DNA from: an uncultured Planctomycetaceae bacterium
GTDB lineage: Bacteria > Planctomycetota > Planctomycetia > Pirellulales > Thermoguttaceae
Direction: 5' to 3'
Length of the DNA: 18,257 bases
Assembly: GCA_964473065.1 (NCBI GenBank)
Contig: CAYYOX010000050.1
Coordinates: 1-18,257, forward strand
Shown here piece by piece: positions 14,708 to 18,257 of this stretch; within the stretch, counting starts at the first letter, position 1, and each line of letters begins with the position of its first letter. The notes beneath the pieces are model-generated. The model did not search any database. It saw only the letters and a program-made list of their open reading frames with translations, and was not told the DNA's origin. The position numbers and the translations under genes are program-made.

Positions 14708-15685
14708 ATGAGACAGGATCGATCGGAGATGGCGATTTGGGGAGTGTGGCTTTGCAGTGCGACACTCGCATTTTTTTCCTGGGCGAGCACCACGCAGGCT
14801 GGAGTTGTGATCGCTTGGGGTGACAATTCGGAGGGCCAAAGCAACACTCCCGAGGGAGACGATTTTGTCTCGGTCTCTGGCGGCTTCTGGCATAGCCTGG
14901 CACTTCGTGAGGACGGCTCGTTGGAGGCCTGGGGCGAAGATGGACCGGCCGTGAACGACGTGCCGTCGGGAAACGATTTTGTGGCCATTTCCGCCGGAGG
15001 GACGCACAACTTGGCACTGAAGGACGATGGCTCGATCGTAGCCTGGGGGGAGAACAATTTCGGACAGGGCGAACCGCCATTGGGCGATGATTTCATCGCG
15101 ATTTCAGCCGGGGCAAACCATAATTTGGCCCTGAGGGACGATGGTTCCATCGAAGCGTGGGGAAAGGACACCTATGCGCAAAATGGATTGCCCTCCGGCG
15201 GTGGATTCCTTGCAGTGGATGCCGGAGGCGTGCATAGCCTGGCGATCCGCGCCGATGGGTCGCTGGCCATGTGGGGTGCCGTCGACGAATTCCCGCTCGT
15301 TCCCGAAGGCAACGATTTCGTCGACGTCGCTGCTGGAGGCTTTCACAGCATGGCCCTACGGCAGGACGGGACAATTGAGGCCTGGACCTCTTGGGACTTC
15401 GCCGGAGAGACTACCGACATCCCGCCTGGGAAGTCTTTTGTGGACATCGAAGCCGGATGGCTCAGCAGCATGGCGATCCGAAGTAATGGCTCGCTCGTCG
15501 TCTGGGGAGACCTCGAAACGGGCAAGTCGGTCGTGGAACTGGGAGAAGGCATCGTCGACTTTGCCGCCGGGCAGAGCCATGCCCTGGCCATTCAAGTCGT
15601 GCCGGAGCCCTCGACCGTCCTACTCTTGGCCAGCGCCGCCGTCAGTCTTCTTCTCATGCGCCGCCGCAGGTCGCGCAACGGCTAG
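14708..15685 (+). CDS. RCC1-repeat (beta-propeller) protein with a C-terminal PEP-CTERM sorting signal, a putative exosortase substrate
   Basis: Signal peptide MRQDRSEMAIWGVWLCSATLAFFSWASTTQA. About 9 repeats of the xAWG.N..GQ...P / GG..H.LAL(R)(D/E)DGS(L/I)(V/E)AWG type, RCC1-like. C-terminal VPEPSTVLLLASAAVSLLLMRRRRS is a textbook PEP-CTERM motif (PEP + TM + basic tail). ATG 14708 chosen over the in-frame ATG 14597 because the latter would add 37 residues before the signal peptide. Confidence 0.8.
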   Translation: MRQDRSEMAIWGVWLCSATLAFFSWASTTQAGVVIAWGDNSEGQSNTPEGDDFVSVSGGFWHSLALREDGSLEAWGEDGPAVNDVPSGNDFVAISAGGTHNLALKDDGSIVAWGENNFGQGEPPLGDDFIAISAGANHNLALRDDGSIEAWGKDTYAQNGLPSGGGFLAVDAGGVHSLAIRADGSLAMWGAVDEFPLVPEGNDFVDVAAGGFHSMALRQDGTIEAWTSWDFAGETTDIPPGKSFVDIEAGWLSSMAIRSNGSLVVWGDLETGKSVVELGEGIVDFAAGQSHALAIQVVPEPSTVLLLASAAVSLLLMRRRRSRNG

Positions 15686-15905
15686 TTCACGCCCGTGAAC
15701 CACCAGCTCTGCCGTTTCTCGTGAGCGGCAAGGCGCTAGCCGCCGGTTTCGACGAGGCAACCGTCGTCCGAAAATACCGGTGGCTGGCGCCATTCCGCTC
15801 ACAACAGTCCGAAGCAACGGGCAAAAACGGGGCAGCGCGAGAGCCGGCGTCAGGCCGTGATTACCGATTAGCGGCAATTCTTTGCAAGTGCGCCCCGGCC
15901 GTCGC

Positions 15906-16131
15906 CACCAGAGCCGCGGAGACGGCCCCGGTCTATATCGGACTGAACGAACCACTGAAGCTGCGCGTGTTCATCGACAAAAGCGTGGTGGAAGTGTTCG
16001 TCAATGGCAAGCAGTATGTGGCCGTGAGGGTCTATCCTACCCGAGCCGACAGTCTCGGCGTTTCCATTGTGGCACGAGGCCAGAACGCCGGGCTAAACAA
16101 ACTGACCGCATGGCAAATGAATCCCATTTGA
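15906..16131 (+). pseudogene. Remnant of a glycoside hydrolase family 32-like gene (levanase / beta-fructofuranosidase type): only the C-terminal ~75 aa of the beta-sandwich domain. The N-terminal catalytic domain is absent.
   Basis: Translation ...PVYIGLNEPLKLRVFIDKSVVEVFVNGKQYVAVRVYPTRADSLGVSIVARGQNAGLNKLTAWQMNPI* aligns to the conserved GH32 C-terminal end (LRIFVDRSSVEVFANDGE..TSRIYP...ATGG.A.V.SL.AW.L). Only ~215 nt separate it from the preceding gene stop, so a full ~480-aa enzyme cannot be encoded. Confidence 0.55.
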
Positions 16132-16176
16132 CAGAGCTTCAAGATAGCGGCCGCTTGGCACGCTTTGCGCCGTACT

Positions 16177-17523
16177 TCAATTCACCGCCAATATCTCGGC
16201 GGCCGTTTCACAAAGCGTGCGAGCATCCAACTCACTGGGCGCCTCGGCCACGGCGCGAACTATCGGCTCGGTGTTGCTCGGGCGAACCAATAGCCAACGG
16301 TCCGCCCAGTCGAGGCGAAGTCCGTCGAGCCGGTCCGGCTTGGCGTCGGAGAAATGACGCGCCAAGGCGTCCAGACCGGCGGGAACCTGCTCTTTGGGCA
16401 GCGAAATTTTGGTCTTGACGATCTCGTAACGCGGCAGTTCGTCGGCCAATTGGCCGATCTTCATCTCGCGGGCGGCCATCGCGTCGAGCAATTGGGCCAT
16501 GCCCACGAAACTGTCGCGAACCAACCCCACGCGCGGATCGATCGGGCCGCCGTTCCCCTCGCCGCCGAACAGGGCTTCGTGCTCGAGCATCGCGTCGACC
16601 ACGTTCGCCTCGCCAACCGCCGATCGATGAAACGTCACGCCGTACTTGGCGGCCAGATCCTGCGACATCCGGCTGGTCGAACAGTTGGTCACGATCGGTC
16701 CGGTGCGCTGCCGCAGCAGATGGTCGACACACAGAGCCACCGTGTATTCCTCGCCGATGTAACGGCCCGTCTCGTCGATCAGGGCCAATCGATCGGCGTC
16801 GGGGTCCTGGCAGAACCCGACATCGGCGCCCGTCTCGGTTACGGCCGAGAGCACGCCGGAAAGGTTCTCGGCCGTCGGCTCGGGCGTATGGTCGAACTGT
16901 CCGTCGGGTATCTCGCCGAGCACCGTCACCCGGCAGCCAAGTTGTTGCAACAGAGGTCGTCCCAACGGGCTTCCGGCGCCGTGGTTGGCATCTAGCAGCA
17001 CGTTGAACTTTCGGCTTCGAATGCGCTCGACATCGACCGTGGCCAAGACGGCCGCGAGATGGGCCGAGATCGAATCGTCGCAGGTTTGGCCCGTCCCTAA
17101 TTGATCGTGCGGCGCCCAGTCGGTTTCGTTGGCTTGATACCGGGCCAACACCTTCTCGCCGGCCACGGCGGGGATCACGCGTCCGTCGGCCGAGAAGAGT
17201 TTGATGCCGTTGTACTGGATCGGGTTGTGGCTGGCCGAGATCTGGATCCCTCCGGCCGCCTGGAGGTTGCGGATCAGGATGCCGGTCGTGGGCGTGGCCG
17301 CGATGCGTGCGTCGATCGTGTCGCGTCCGGCCGCCTGCAAGCCAGCCTGGATCGCGCCGGCGAGCATCGCGCCCGAGCCGCGACTGTCGCGCGTGATGAC
17401 TATTAGCCCGGGCGGCATGGCGGCGGCAAAGGCCGTCACATAACGAACGGCCACGTCCGGCGTGAGGGTTTCCCCGACAATTCCCCGCAATCCGGACACA
17501 CTAATAATCAGTTCGCTGGCCAT
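16177..17523 (-). CDS. glmM: Phosphoglucosamine mutase / phosphohexomutase (alpha-D-phosphohexomutase family)
   Basis: MASELIISVSGLRGIVGETLTP N-terminus. Active-site loop ISASHNP (phosphoserine). The GFCQDPDADR metal-binding loop motif DxDxDR. C-terminal RPSNTEP sugar-phosphate loop. 448 aa. Confidence 0.85.
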   Translation of the reverse strand: MASELIISVSGLRGIVGETLTPDVAVRYVTAFAAAMPPGLIVITRDSRGSGAMLAGAIQAGLQAAGRDTIDARIAATPTTGILIRNLQAAGGIQISASHNPIQYNGIKLFSADGRVIPAVAGEKVLARYQANETDWAPHDQLGTGQTCDDSISAHLAAVLATVDVERIRSRKFNVLLDANHGAGSPLGRPLLQQLGCRVTVLGEIPDGQFDHTPEPTAENLSGVLSAVTETGADVGFCQDPDADRLALIDETGRYIGEEYTVALCVDHLLRQRTGPIVTNCSTSRMSQDLAAKYGVTFHRSAVGEANVVDAMLEHEALFGGEGNGGPIDPRVGLVRDSFVGMAQLLDAMAAREMKIGQLADELPRYEIVKTKISLPKEQVPAGLDALARHFSDAKPDRLDGLRLDWADRWLLVRPSNTEPIVRAVAEAPSELDARTLCETAAEILAVN

Positions 17524-17750
17524 GGGCTACCTTTTCAACACACTTGCAGTCATTCAACGGGCTACTGGGGTTGGTCATAGCAGCGAGCATGCGGCTCGCC
17601 TCACAGACTCCATCCCGCCCTGACCGAGGCAGTATAGGGCCAATGCGGCCGGCAAGAAAGGCGATTTCGCCCGCCCGAATCATTGGCGTTATTTGTCCCA
17701 GTGTTTGTCACCGCGACTGGGCCCAAACGCGACTGGACCCAAACGAAAAC

Positions 17751-17791
17751 GTTCGCCGCAAGTCGTTTTGGTACAACGACTTGTGGCGAAC
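17751..17791 (-). terminator. Rho-independent terminator of tRNA-Ser, minus strand
   Basis: 17751-17767 gttcgccgcaagtcgtt pairs with 17775-17791 aacgacttgtggcgaac (17-bp stem, one G:U wobble, 7-nt loop). On the minus strand it is followed by GTTTTCGTTT (revcomp of 17741-17750). Confidence 0.7.
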
Positions 17792-17806
17792 GCCAAGAAG
17801 CTTCAG

Positions 17807-17895
17807 CGGAGAGGACAGGATTTGAACCTGCGGACCAGTGTGACCCGGTCACCGGTTTAGCAAACCGGCGCTTTCGACCACTCAGCCACCTCTCC
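17807..17895 (-). tRNA. tRNA-Ser (anticodon GCT), class II with long variable arm. CCA not encoded.
   Basis: Revcomp reads GGAGAGG-TG-GCT-GAGTGGTCGAA-AGC-G-CCGGT-TTGCTAA-ACCGG-(long variable arm TGACCGGGTCACACTGGTC)-CGCAGG-TTCAAAT-CCTGT-CCTCTCC-G. 7-bp acceptor stem. 3-bp D-stem with a long D-loop typical of tRNA-Ser. Anticodon loop TT-GCT-AA. T-loop TTCAAAT. Confidence 0.85.
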
Positions 17896-18096
17896 GAAAC
17901 CCTTATGGTGCAAGGGTTTATATCTTTATTATCACATGGATTATGCGTTTGCCGCACTACCGCATATACTACTTTTAGTGAAATCTCCTGCCATAAGATG
18001 GGGTGTAAAGTTGCCCTGCCCGTTGTGTGGCCAGGCGAGGCCACCAAAAACCCTTTATCCAAGGCGACACAATGTCCAATTCTACCTCAAAAGGGC

Positions 18097-18257
18097 GTGC
18101 TCGAAAAGCCGCCACGAACCGCCCCCCCCAAACCTTACGCGGATTCCCCGCTCGGCCCGCACCCTCAGTGGCGCTTGGCAAAAGAAGATCAACCGCAAGA
18201 TCCACTATTTTGGCCGATGGGGGAGACGTGTCAACGGCAAACTGGAACGGCTTCCCG
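18097..18257 (+). CDS. Possible 5' end of a phage-type integrase-like gene at the window edge. It appears frameshifted (+1) around 18163-18169 and continues off-window.
   Basis: Frame 18073 gives ...KPYADSPLGPHP (possible GTG start at 18097). Frame 18074 from 18167 gives SGAWQKKINRKIHYFGRWGRRVNGKLERLP with no stop before the window end. Together they resemble a conserved integrase N-terminal motif (PKPYxDFPLxPHxSGxWxKKIxGKxHYFGRW...NGKxERL), recalled from memory and not searched. Adjacent to the tRNA and an AT-rich patch. Confidence 0.3.
   Translation, partial: MLEKPPRTAPPKPYADSPLGPHPQWRLAKEDQPQDPLFWPMGETCQRQTGTAS

Noticed and set aside
15721-15905. N-terminal part of the 136-aa plus-strand ORF upstream of the GH32-like fragment
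   Set aside because: Only the last ~75 aa show family similarity. The upstream ~60 aa are Ala/Arg-rich with no start context, so this is treated as a non-coding remnant rather than an intact small gene.
16354-16995. 213-aa plus-strand ORF antisense to glmM
   Set aside because: The minus-strand ORF carries the diagnostic SASHNP phosphohexomutase motifs.
17601-18205. Minus-strand ORFs (153 aa and 76 aa) overlapping the tRNA-Ser and the AT-rich region
   Set aside because: They overlap a confidently folded tRNA and have motifless translation, so they are most likely spurious.

Overview
High-GC window (~63-65% GC) whose gene content looks planctomycete-like: an RCC1-repeat protein with a PEP-CTERM tail, an ST7-like TPR protein, a secreted parallel beta-helix protein, an OprB-type porin and mostly weak Shine-Dalgarno sites. 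This lineage assignment is inference. Reading left to right: the 5' portion of secA (minus strand) at the left window edge. A uroporphyrinogen-decarboxylase (URO-D) family gene and a PhnP-like metallo-beta-lactamase (MBL) hydrolase gene follow, framed by six copies of a ~27-nt palindromic REP-like unit. Next is an OprB-family porin, convergent with a small secreted protein encoded by a 63-bp tandem repeat array (five 21-aa repeats IAARYHLRGRTSRFFDR). Then an 803-aa protein with a polybasic N-terminus, an ST7-like TPR half and a triplicated unknown domain. A divergent nfeD-flotillin (SPFH) operon follows. Rubrerythrin is flanked by two near-identical GC hairpins that differ by a compensatory base-pair swap. 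Beyond that are a 900-aa secreted right-handed beta-helix protein, an RCC1-repeat/PEP-CTERM protein with a consensus-like sigma70 promoter and structured leader, and a C-terminal remnant of a GH32-type glycoside hydrolase. The window ends with phosphoglucosamine mutase (glmM-like), tRNA-Ser(GCT) with its terminator, and an AT-rich patch followed by what looks like the frameshifted 5' end of an integrase-like gene at the right edge. The most unusual items are the tandem-repeat secreted protein, the ST7-like triplicated-domain protein, the REP-like element family and the tRNA-adjacent integrase-like start.
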